Shown: positions 40,501 through 48,313 of the stretch, in pieces | How positions within the stretch are numbered: the first letter of the stretch is position 1 | Layout of the letters: each line of letters begins with the position of its first letter | Source: Bacteroidia bacterium | GTDB lineage: Bacteria > Bacteroidota > Bacteroidia > Cytophagales > Cyclobacteriaceae | Assembly: GCA_043750455.1 (NCBI GenBank) | Contig: JAYVBN010000094.1 | Span: forward strand, 1 to 54,277 | DNA length: 54,277 nucleotides | Direction of reading: 5' to 3' | Program-made: the position numbers and the translations under genes | The notes under the pieces: generated by a model | What the model was told of the DNA's origin: nothing | The model's database searches: none | What the model saw: the letters and a program-made list of their open reading frames with translations, nothing else

Positions 40501-40687
40501 TAGTAAGCCCGCTTTCAACCGACTTGTTGGTGTCACATATTCGCAGCATCTCAAGGTATGAGGCGGTATTATTGATTTCAGTTAAAGCAAGTTTGTGTAT
40601 GCCACAACGCTTTGCTTCTTCAAAAAGGGTTTTGATCGGCAGTGTGCCGTATTTGAAACTGAAGCCGGTGTGACAGTTGAGATACAT
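37535..40687 (-). CDS. dnaE2: Secondary DNA polymerase III alpha subunit (DnaE2-like, error-prone)
   Basis: PHP domain, GRGSGANS, PDFDIDF, HAGG, YSFAKGHS, OB fold; short C-terminus; linked to dinB. Confidence 0.85.
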   Translation of the reverse strand: MYLNCHTGFSFKYGTLPIKTLFEEAKRCGIHKLALTEINNTASYLEMLRICDTNKSVESGLTKFGKEAYHLNIAVGVEFRNTPDKQPENPVDSHTCTPLYIALAKNNEGFETLNRFLSFHNRESKPFPTRAPEFDHVFVIYPFGKIEADQLREYEYIGVCQNDLSSYTIYSQRKKYEHKFVLLHSVTFVPPEKIKNKETKKEKIVYRDHNTHRLLRCIATNTLLSKLPEHHQARKEEFMLSEHDLEKKFEQFPNLLRNAKSLLDQCSIECKLGEDKNRKSYFKTTEEDLQYLRNKTLEGYKRIYQAKDVDGKIWTDRIEKELRIIAKKKFTAYYLITYDLINYAKSQGFDYVGRGSGANSTVAYCLGITNVDPIELDLYFERFLNEERVSPPDFDIDFSWDNRDAIYDYFFKKYGYDHVCLLGTHVTYKEKSIMRELAKVFGLPKEEIDELVENRKITDLPRDHIGKMVDSYAKYIVSKELPSNISIHAGGVLITEKPIYAYTATELPPKGLPVSQFEMHMAEDFGIYKFDILSQRGLGHIKETVKQVKKNKGVDIDVYQFKKFKEDEKIKDLMRNSKAMGCFYVESPATRMLLGKLRCDDYLTLVAASSIIRPGVASSGMMKTYIERFHAVRNGGTYTSIHPKMDEIMKDTYGVMVYQEDVIRVAHHFAELTLTEADVLRRGMSGKYRSREEFLRVRDQFFYNCNRIGYEPRVINRVWEEIESFAGYSFAKGHSASYAVESYQSLFLKAYHPLEFMVGVINNFGGFYRTEFYFHEARMNGAQIEPPCVNHSEYLTTIEGNKIYIGFVHLKSLDTKIGQQIFSDRNKNSAYTSFDNFLRRIQGIGLEQLRILIRLGAFRFTGKTKQQLLWESMLHFGARKESKSCISTNANLFDTEPKEYPLPVLQRSVLEDAFDEIELLGFPLCNPFDLLATSSYGDAIATELPYKNGKHIHIVGYIVTTKDAYTKKKNEHMAFGTFYDVHGKVFDTVHFPNSARKFPFRGRGFYDIKGKVIEDFGVYTIDVHWMDKLPMVSKRADQAFAEFTNEKAQA

Positions 40688-40693
40688 GAATTG

Positions 40694-40786
40694 ATTTGAA
40701 AATTTGATGATGTGGTGATTTGATGATGCTTACGCGGTTCAAGATTCAAAGTTCAAAATTCAAGTTTTGAATATTGAGCTTTGAAT
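40694..40786. repeat. Adjacent 8-bp array (40694-40728) and 7-bp inverted array (40737-40786)
   Basis: ATTTGAAA ATTTGATG ATGTGGTG ATTTGATG; GTTCAAG ATTCAAA GTTCAAA ATTCAAG / TTTTGAA TATTGAG CTTTGAA. Confidence 0.7.
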
Positions 40787-40818
40787 GAATGGGATTCTTC
40801 TATCGACCGGAATCATAA

Positions 40819-42957
40819 TTAACTATTGCGTCCTAAAAATTCTAGGTGCGCCATTACTAATTTGATCTCTCCAAAACTGTACTCATCACCTAATGATTCT
40901 TTAATAGGTGTCAGTGCCACTTTTCCAATCTTTTCAATGGCTTCACTGATTGCTGGAATTTTTGAAGTGTCGATCAATTGATCGATTGATAATTTGCCTT
41001 GCTGTACGTAAAAAGCTAAGTGACCTTCAATAGTAACTATGCTCAATCCCCGCAGCTCAGCAATTTTTTCTAACGGATTTTCTTGTTTGAAAAGATCAAA
41101 GCTTTGTTGCTTAGTGTCGGTGTCACGTTCCGGCCGCTCTCTCCGAATACGCTTTGGCGCTTTTAGATGAATACGGGATTTCAATTGGTGCTCTTTGCAA
41201 TATGTTGTAACGACAGTCCAGAATTGCTTGCCGTACTTCTCAAGTTTTATCTGGCCAAAGCCGGATATTTTATTGAACTCTTCTTTGCTGTGTGGCAGGT
41301 ATGTTGCCAACTCCATTAGCGTTGCATCGGAAAGAACGATGTAGGCAGGCACATTCTCTTCCGTGGCTAATTGCCTTCGTAGGTCTTTTAGCAGTTGAAG
41401 AAGTATAGATTCAAAATCTTGTGTAGACGCAAGATTTTGCGTCTGTACGATCCTTTCTTTTGATTTAGCGAGCATCACCTTTTCTTCACCCTTCAAAACG
41501 GCTGCACTTTTTGCGGTAAGTTTTAACACAGGATAATTTCCCTCTGACTTAGCTAAATAGCCTCGCGAAACCAATTGATGAAAAATATCACTCCATTGCT
41601 CTTTGCTGATGTCGGCACCAATGCCATACGTTTTTAATAGTTTGTGATCTTCCTGGATTTTAATGGATGCAGAACCTCGCAGGAAATCGATCACATAGCC
41701 TGCTCCAAAACGCTCTTGCAAACGCGCTACTGCAGATAATGCTTTTTGCGCTGTAACGGTGGCATCAGCAAGTTCGAGACGTGTGAGGCAGACATCGCAG
41801 TTGCCGCAATAATCGGGAGCAGTTTCATCAAAATAGTTTAGTAAGTATTTTCTTCTGCAAGAAGTAAGATCGCCATAAGCGGCCATCTGGTCTAGCTTCT
41901 TTAAATAAATTTCTGTTTGCTCAGGATTGTTTTCAATTTCTACAAACCTTTTCAGTTTACTCACATCTCCGTACGAATAGAAGAGCAGTGCTTCACTATC
42001 CAACCCATCGCGACCAGCCCGACCTGTTTCCTGATAGTAGCTTTCGATATTCTTGGGCAAGTCCATGTGTACCACATAGCGCACGTTTGACTTATCGATG
42101 CCCATACCAAACGCAACAGTAGCGACAATGATCTTTACGTCATCGCGCAAAAACATTTCCTGATGACGACCACGGATTTCCTTTTCCAAGCCTGCATGAT
42201 AAGGTTGAGCTGTGTAACCTGCTTTGGTTAAATCTTGAGCAAGTGATTCTGTAGAAGCGCGTGACAGACAATAGATAATACCCGATTCTTCTTTCCGTGC
42301 ATCTAAAAAGTGAATCAGTTTTTCAAAACTATTCCGCTTGGCCTCTACGGTATAACGAATGTTGGCGCGATTGAAACTGGAAATAAAAGTAACAGGATCT
42401 TTCAGTTCCAGTTTCTGTAGGATGTCCTTTCGCGTCAGATGATCGGCAGTGGCTGTGAGTGCAATAATGGGTACGTGAGGCAACGCACGCTTGAGTTGCG
42501 CCAGCATCAAATACTCCGGGCGGAAGTCATGACCCCAATGTGAAATGCAATGTGCTTCGTCAATGGCAATGAGGCTGACGTTGAAAGAAGTAATTTTTTT
42601 AAAGAAATTGCTTTCGGGTGCGAGGTAAAGAAGTTTTAGTTCTTTTGCTTTTATGGCATGTAAAATTTCTTCTTGTTCAGCACCGCTTTGCGTGGAGTTT
42701 AGAAAAGCAGCTTGCACTCCATTTAGTCGCAATGCATCCACCTGATCTTTCATCAAAGCAATCAGCGGAGAGATGACGATGGTGAGTCCTTCAAAAACCA
42801 GTGCTGGTACCTGATAGCAAAGTGATTTTCCTCCGCCCGTGGGCATCAATGCAAAGGTGTCTTTCTTCGCCAATACATTGTTGATGATGGCCTCCTGTTC
42901 TAGCCGGAATGTGGAATAGCCAAATTGTTGTTGGAGGATTTGGAGAGGGGTGGGCAT
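40819..42957 (-). CDS. recQ: ATP-dependent DNA helicase RecQ
   Basis: MPTGGGKSLCYQ, DEAHCISHWGHDFRP, QETGRAGRDG, CGNCDVC, RQC/HRDC; start at ATG 42957. Confidence 0.95.
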   Translation of the reverse strand: MPTPLQILQQQFGYSTFRLEQEAIINNVLAKKDTFALMPTGGGKSLCYQVPALVFEGLTIVISPLIALMKDQVDALRLNGVQAAFLNSTQSGAEQEEILHAIKAKELKLLYLAPESNFFKKITSFNVSLIAIDEAHCISHWGHDFRPEYLMLAQLKRALPHVPIIALTATADHLTRKDILQKLELKDPVTFISSFNRANIRYTVEAKRNSFEKLIHFLDARKEESGIIYCLSRASTESLAQDLTKAGYTAQPYHAGLEKEIRGRHQEMFLRDDVKIIVATVAFGMGIDKSNVRYVVHMDLPKNIESYYQETGRAGRDGLDSEALLFYSYGDVSKLKRFVEIENNPEQTEIYLKKLDQMAAYGDLTSCRRKYLLNYFDETAPDYCGNCDVCLTRLELADATVTAQKALSAVARLQERFGAGYVIDFLRGSASIKIQEDHKLLKTYGIGADISKEQWSDIFHQLVSRGYLAKSEGNYPVLKLTAKSAAVLKGEEKVMLAKSKERIVQTQNLASTQDFESILLQLLKDLRRQLATEENVPAYIVLSDATLMELATYLPHSKEEFNKISGFGQIKLEKYGKQFWTVVTTYCKEHQLKSRIHLKAPKRIRRERPERDTDTKQQSFDLFKQENPLEKIAELRGLSIVTIEGHLAFYVQQGKLSIDQLIDTSKIPAISEAIEKIGKVALTPIKESLGDEYSFGEIKLVMAHLEFLGRNS

Positions 42958-42980
42958 GATTTGATATATATAGTTCGCAA

Positions 42981-43010
42981 TGTGGAGACGCAAAATTTTG
43001 CGTCTCCACA
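42981..43010. repeat. REP palindrome 1 (perfect 30 bp)
   Basis: TGTGGAGACGCAAAATTTTGCGTCTCCACA. Confidence 0.9.
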
Positions 43011-43012
43011 AA

Positions 43013-43567
43013 TTATAAATTATTCATTTTATCCATCCATTTTTTAGGGTTATTCTGAATATATCTGCGTATCGCTTGTAATTCCCTTTCTGTGCGGACA
43101 ACATGATCATGATACCTGGCCTGCCATGAAAATTCAATTGAATTCATGATGGCATATTTTTTTACGGCCGCCTTGTACCCACGGATGACTGATCCCAGAT
43201 TTTGTGATTGTGGCGCAAATTTATTGGGTTGTGGAATCCGGAATTCGTATTCCGGTTTATCGAAATACAAAACACCATGCAAATGATCGGGCATGATCAC
43301 AAATTCATCCAATACAACAAATGGAAAATGATCGGGGATTTCGGACCAATATTGGTTGGTGATTTTACCGATGGGTGTGGGATGTAATTGTGGATATGGC
43401 AGAGACGCAAAATTTTGCGTCTCTACGGGTTGAATAATGTCCCCAAAATAATTTTCATGGTGACGTGTGCAAATGGTAACGAAATAAAATCCGGTTGAAC
43501 CATAATCCCAATTTTTTAATCGGGTGGTGTCAATCCGGTATTTGTTTTGATATTTTTTCATGGTCAA
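43013..43567 (-). mobile_element. REP-associated tyrosine transposase (RAYT, IS200/Y1 HUH superfamily)
   Basis: RLKNWDY..YFVTICT, MPDHLHG (HUH), WQARYHDHVVR, YIQNNP catalytic Tyr; flanked by REPs. Confidence 0.9.
43399..43426. repeat. REP palindrome 2, inside the RAYT ORF
   Basis: Minus strand GTAGAGACGCAAAATTTTGCGTCTCTGC encoding VETQNFASL; perfect over 43401-43424. Confidence 0.9.
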
Positions 43568-43580
43568 TTTGTTTTGAATG

Positions 43581-43610
43581 GGTAGAGACGCAAAATTTTG
43601 CGTCTCTACC
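43581..43610. repeat. REP palindrome 3 (perfect 30 bp)
   Basis: GGTAGAGACGCAAAATTTTGCGTCTCTACC. Confidence 0.9.
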
Positions 43611-43628
43611 TACGATTGCGTCCACATA

Positions 43629-44837
43629 TTAATTCATCAAATTTTTTGTTATCCGCCCTTTGAACATATTCATTTCCATACGCACGCGCCTGTTTACGCC
43701 CATGGTGGTGGCGCGCACTAATTTTTCCACACCATGTTTGTGTTTGATGAAATCTATTGCCTCGTAGAGGTTGATGTCTTCTTCGGTGTCGTCAAACAAA
43801 CTGATCTGTTGATTGCCGTGTACCAGGTTGCTTAATCGAACACCGACCAGACGAATCAACATTCTTCGGTTATATAATTTATTGAACAGTTCTTGCACCA
43901 CATGAAGTATGATGTGATCGGAAGATGTATAGGGTATGTGGATCTGCTTTGTTTCTGTATCGAAGTTGGAGTAACGAATTTTTACGGTGATACACGAGGT
44001 GAGTTTCTTCTGGTCGCGCAGTTGAAACGCTACCTTTTCCACCATGGCAATGAGAATAGATTTCATCCGCTTCACATCAATGGTATCTTGCTCGAAGGTG
44101 GATTCAGTAGAGATTGATTTTTGTTCGCTGTAGGGAACAACAGGTGACTCATCTATGCCGTGTGCTTTGTTCCATAGGCTGATGCCATTTTTGCCAAATG
44201 CGCTGGTTAAGAATTTCAAAGGCATATCGCGCAAGGTGGCCACGGTGCGCACGCCCATGTCGTATAAAAATGAAGCGGTTTGCTTTCCCACCATTGGTAG
44301 TTTATCTACTGATAGTGGGGCGAGAAAATCTTTTTCTTCACCAGCTGCTATTTGTTTCTGTGCATTAGGTTTGAACTCGGCCGTTGCTACTTTTGACACG
44401 AGCTTGTTTACAGACAAAGCCATGGAGATAGGAAGCGCGCTTTCTTTCATGATTTTATTTTGCAACTCCACAGCCCATTTGAAAGTGCCGAAGAAGCGAT
44501 CCATGCCGCTGGCATCAATGTAAAATTCATCGATGGATGCTTTCTCTAATAGCGGTGCTTTATCTGCTATGATTTCGGTAACGAGGTGCGAGTTCTGACT
44601 ATAAGCTTCCATGTCGCCAGAGATCACTTTCGCGTCCGGGCAAAGTTGCATGGCCAGGTACATGGGCATGGCCGAATGCACACCGAATTTTCTGGCTTCA
44701 TAGCTGCAGGCCGCCACCACACCTCTGCGATTGCTACCACCTACAATTAAAGGGAGTCCTTTTAATTTCGGCTCTTTTTTGCGCTCTACCGCCACAAAAA
44801 AAGCGTCTAAATCCATGTGAATGATACTCCTGCCCAT
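43629..44837 (-). CDS. dinB: DNA polymerase IV (Y family)
   Basis: HMDLDAFF, SYEARKFGV, SIDE, KP, RLVGV. Confidence 0.95.
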   Translation of the reverse strand: MGRSIIHMDLDAFFVAVERKKEPKLKGLPLIVGGSNRRGVVAACSYEARKFGVHSAMPMYLAMQLCPDAKVISGDMEAYSQNSHLVTEIIADKAPLLEKASIDEFYIDASGMDRFFGTFKWAVELQNKIMKESALPISMALSVNKLVSKVATAEFKPNAQKQIAAGEEKDFLAPLSVDKLPMVGKQTASFLYDMGVRTVATLRDMPLKFLTSAFGKNGISLWNKAHGIDESPVVPYSEQKSISTESTFEQDTIDVKRMKSILIAMVEKVAFQLRDQKKLTSCITVKIRYSNFDTETKQIHIPYTSSDHIILHVVQELFNKLYNRRMLIRLVGVRLSNLVHGNQQISLFDDTEEDINLYEAIDFIKHKHGVEKLVRATTMGVNRRVRMEMNMFKGRITKNLMN

Positions 44838-44845
44838 CAGGACAA

Positions 44846-44868
44846 TATTACTAAAATAATTAGTAATA
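44846..44868. promoter_or_regulatory. Palindromic operator TATTACTAA-N5-TTAGTAATA (candidate Bacteroidota SOS box)
   Basis: Perfect 9-bp arms with CTAA-N5-TTAG core just upstream of dinB. Confidence 0.7.
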
Positions 44869-44931
44869 GGAATTATAAAGATCTAAATTTTAAAGCTTAA
44901 ATACACTTTATACGCTATCATAATAAACTAA

Positions 44932-44950
44932 ACTAAAATAAATAGTAATA
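44932..44950. promoter_or_regulatory. Second, degenerate copy of the dinB operator
   Basis: ACTAAAATAAATAGTAATA, 18/19 identical to copy 1. Confidence 0.55.
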
Positions 44951-45170
44951 AGTCGTATCAAGCGTAAGGGATGTAGGCATTTGTTTGAGCCCGAAATGGC
45001 CATGAGCGGCTGGTTGGCGAGTGTCGACAGCCCGACCCGTAGGGACACGCCCAAAAGCCGCACAGCTCCTAAGTAGAGGGGTTGCCAAAAATCACTGATG
45101 GTCTGTGGGGACGCAGACCTTGGAGTAGGGTTTTGCGAAGAGATTAATTTTCAATACGAGTTGCCAAAAA

Positions 45171-46682
45171 CTATTGATCACTCGGCAATGCCACAACCTC
45201 ACCTGAAATTTTATAAGTAGGCATAGGAGCATTCCATTTCTTTAAATGGTTGGATAGTAAAGAAGAAAGTGTTTTTACTTTTTCAGGATATTTATAAGAG
45301 AGTTCGTTGCTTTCATGAATGTCGGCATCCAGGTCATACAATTCCTTAGTACCTGATTTCATGTTGTAGATTAATTTCCAATTGCCTTTCCTGATGGCGC
45401 TTTTGTAATTGATACCTGGTCCATCCAAAGAAGTCCATTTGTTGGGGAAATGCCAAACTAAGGCTCTTGATGTATCTTCATATTTAGAATCTTTTAAAAC
45501 TGGAATAAAACTTATACCGTCTATCGCTTGCACTTTTCTGTATTTTTTTATCCCAGCCATTTCCAAAATAGTTGGAAAAAAATCTTCTATGATGACATAC
45601 TGGTTTGCAATGGAACCAGGGCTAACGACAGATGGCCATTTTACAAGCATAGGCACGCGGATTCCGCCTTCATACACAGAGCCTTTTCCTGATTTCAATG
45701 GAAGATTATGGGTAAAGGCCGCACCACTTCGGGACGACATGCTAAACCCACCATTATCACTCATAAAAACGACAATAGTATTTTGATCAATATTCTTTTC
45801 TTTTAAATAATCCATGATATCACCCAAGCTTTTGTCCATCCCTTCAATCAAGGAGGCATACTCGGCTTCTTTTTGCGGAAGACCTTCATCCAGATATTTT
45901 TGGATAAACCGCATGTCGGCAGCATACGGAATGTGCACTGCATAGTGTGACATATAAAGGAAGAATGGTTGTTGCTTTTGCAAGGGAGCATCCAATGCTT
46001 TTAGCGCTTCGCGTGTGAGGGCTTCAGTTAAAAAAACATTACTTCCATGATAGGCTTCCAAACCGGGCACACCCCAGGGTTGTGTGTGCTCATCTTTATT
46101 GTTTCCATAATTGGCTTCGCCCAAAAAACTACCGAGACCGCCAGCAGCGTGACCAGCAATGTTTTTATCAAAGCCTATGTTAACGGGATTGGCTGCAGGT
46201 GTTTCCATTGCGCCAAAATGAGCTTTACCACAGTGAATTGTATAATACCCTCCTTCCTTTAATAGTGCTGGAAGTGGCGTGGCATGCACCGTTGAATTTA
46301 TTCCTGCGATTGGAGATAGTCCATTAATATTCCAAAGGGGAGAATTAAGAATACTATCAGCCTTGTCAACCGATTTATCTTTTTCTAACGTCCAATTAGT
46401 TACTTTATGGTGCGCAGCATTCATTCCTGTCATCAGGCTTACACGGCTTGGTGAGCAGACAGGAGTAGCATAGGCATTGGTAAACTTCATGCCTTCTCTT
46501 GCCAACCGTTCCATGTTAGGAGTATGGAAGCGATTATTAAGCTGTGTTGTTTTTGTCCAAAACGGAACAGCAGTATCCTGCCATCCCATATCATCCACCA
46601 GAAAGACAATAATATTTGGCTTTTGCTGAGCGTACGTCTGAAGACCATAGCTGAAAAGTGCGAACCAAAAAATTTGTCTCAT
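45171..46682 (-). CDS. Cys-type (formylglycine) sulfatase, secreted
   Basis: PNIIVFLVDDMG, CSPSR, GKAH, SDNGG, YEGGIRVP. Confidence 0.93.
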   Translation of the reverse strand: MRQIFWFALFSYGLQTYAQQKPNIIVFLVDDMGWQDTAVPFWTKTTQLNNRFHTPNMERLAREGMKFTNAYATPVCSPSRVSLMTGMNAAHHKVTNWTLEKDKSVDKADSILNSPLWNINGLSPIAGINSTVHATPLPALLKEGGYYTIHCGKAHFGAMETPAANPVNIGFDKNIAGHAAGGLGSFLGEANYGNNKDEHTQPWGVPGLEAYHGSNVFLTEALTREALKALDAPLQKQQPFFLYMSHYAVHIPYAADMRFIQKYLDEGLPQKEAEYASLIEGMDKSLGDIMDYLKEKNIDQNTIVVFMSDNGGFSMSSRSGAAFTHNLPLKSGKGSVYEGGIRVPMLVKWPSVVSPGSIANQYVIIEDFFPTILEMAGIKKYRKVQAIDGISFIPVLKDSKYEDTSRALVWHFPNKWTSLDGPGINYKSAIRKGNWKLIYNMKSGTKELYDLDADIHESNELSYKYPEKVKTLSSLLSNHLKKWNAPMPTYKISGEVVALPSDQ

Positions 46683-46779
46683 CTCACAATTTTTGTTAAA
46701 GCAAAAAAAGGTCTAATAATGTAATTTACCTAAGGTCAGGCTTATACTACCGTTTAGAATTTGAGTCTTTTAGCTGTCC

Positions 46780-48237
46780 TTAAGAAATCAAATCCAACCG
46801 CACGACATTTTCAACATGCACTGTGTGTGGAAACATATCTACAGGCTGCACCGCGGTGATGATATACTTTTCCGAAAGGATTTTTAAATCCCGCGCTTGT
46901 GTGGCGGGGTTGCAACTCACGTAAACAATTCGCTTGGGCAATGCTTTCAGCAACATCTTGCATACATCTTCGTGCATGCCAGCGCGCGGAGGATCGGTGA
47001 TGATCACATCGGGTCGGCCATGTTGATTTAAAAATTCATCATCGAGAAGATCTTTGATGTCGCCCGCAAAAAATTCGGTGTTAGTGATGTTATTGAGTTT
47101 TGAATTTGCTTTCGCATCTTCAATGGCAGCAGCCACATACTCTAGACCAATTACTTTTTTAGATTGACTGGCAACAAAATTGGCGATGGTACCGGTGCCG
47201 GTGTACAGATCATATACCAATTCATCACCTTTAAGGTCGGCCATTTGCCAGGCTACTTTATAAAGTTCATAAGCCTGATCGGAGTTGGTCTGATAAAATG
47301 ATTTTGGTCCTACACGGAATTGTAATGTAGTTGATCCGTTAGGAGATTGCATTTTTTCTGTGATGTATGGATTTCCTTTCCAGCATACAACATCAAGATC
47401 GGCAAAGGTGTCATTCCTCTTTCCGTTGATGATGTAATTAGCAGACATAACTTGAGGAAATTTTTCAGTGATTGCTTTCAGAATTTTTTCTGTCCACTCC
47501 ATCTTATTGGATGTCACTTGCAAGATCACCATTACCTCACCTGTATTGGCCGTGCGTATGGTGAGGGTTCTCAAAAAACCAATTTGCTTTCGCAGATCGA
47601 AGAATGGAATATTTTCTTTAACAGCAACTTCTTTCGCAAGCAATCGAATAGCATTGGATGGATCGGGTTGCAGGTAACATTGCTTCACATCAAACACTTT
47701 GTCGAACATACGAGGGATGTGATAGCCTAACCCAACTTCAAAAGCATCATCCGGCCTTCTACCACCTTCGCCATCTGGGGAAGGAATATTTTTTTTGACG
47801 TCCAGTTCTTCTTTGGTAAGCCAACGGTTAGAAGTGAATGTGTAATCCAGTTTGTTGCGATAGTGATCCGTTTTTGCCGAAGCGATGATCGGTTTGATGG
47901 AAGGAAGATCAAGTCCGCCAATCCGTTCTAAATTATCAACGGCCTGTTGTTGCTTGTATTGAAGTTGGGTTTTATAGTTAATGTGTTGCCACGAGCAACC
48001 GCCACATGTACCAAAGTGTTGACAGAAGGGTTCGCTGCGGTTGGACGATAATTTCTGAATGGTTGTTACGCGGCCTTCTAAAAAATTGCTTTTTATTTTA
48101 GTGAGTTCTACTTCTACGGTATCGCCTGGTGCGCCACCTTGTAAAAAAATTACTAACCCCTCTACTCTGGCGATGCATTTGCCTTCTGATGCCATCGTTT
48201 CAACTACAATATTTGACAGTTTGTCTCCTTTTTTCAT
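46780..48237 (-). CDS. rlmD: 23S rRNA (uracil-C5)-methyltransferase RlmD
   Basis: TRAM domain, CxHFGTCGGC, SFYQTN, DPPRAG, YVSCNP, DMFPHTVHVE; start at ATG 48237. Confidence 0.93.
   Translation of the reverse strand: MKKGDKLSNIVVETMASEGKCIARVEGLVIFLQGGAPGDTVEVELTKIKSNFLEGRVTTIQKLSSNRSEPFCQHFGTCGGCSWQHINYKTQLQYKQQQAVDNLERIGGLDLPSIKPIIASAKTDHYRNKLDYTFTSNRWLTKEELDVKKNIPSPDGEGGRRPDDAFEVGLGYHIPRMFDKVFDVKQCYLQPDPSNAIRLLAKEVAVKENIPFFDLRKQIGFLRTLTIRTANTGEVMVILQVTSNKMEWTEKILKAITEKFPQVMSANYIINGKRNDTFADLDVVCWKGNPYITEKMQSPNGSTTLQFRVGPKSFYQTNSDQAYELYKVAWQMADLKGDELVYDLYTGTGTIANFVASQSKKVIGLEYVAAAIEDAKANSKLNNITNTEFFAGDIKDLLDDEFLNQHGRPDVIITDPPRAGMHEDVCKMLLKALPKRIVYVSCNPATQARDLKILSEKYIITAVQPVDMFPHTVHVENVVRLDLIS
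47744..47786. repeat. Palindromic element inserted in frame within rlmD
   Basis: GCATCATCCGGCCTTCTACCACCTTCGCCATCTGGGGAAGG; encodes PSPDGEGGRRPDDA. Confidence 0.6.
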
Positions 48238-48313
48238 GGGTTGCGAAAATACGTAAATGTGGGGGGGTTTTACTCCAAAACCGAATTGCCTATCTTTCGC
48301 ATTACTCAACTTC

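Noticed and set aside
40395-40540. Apparent insertions in the DnaE2 PHP domain as repeat-derived or intein sequence
   Set aside because: Short, with no clear palindrome or intein motifs; cannot be judged without an alignment
42958-43011. N-terminal extension of RecQ (MWRRKILRL...) and the ORF 42791..43009
   Set aside because: Both arise from reading through the REP palindrome; RecQ similarity begins at MPTPLQIL
45081-45170. GTTGCCAAAAA direct repeats around a small GGTCTG/CAGACC hairpin as a MITE with target duplication
   Set aside because: Single occurrence, no terminal inverted repeats; insufficient support
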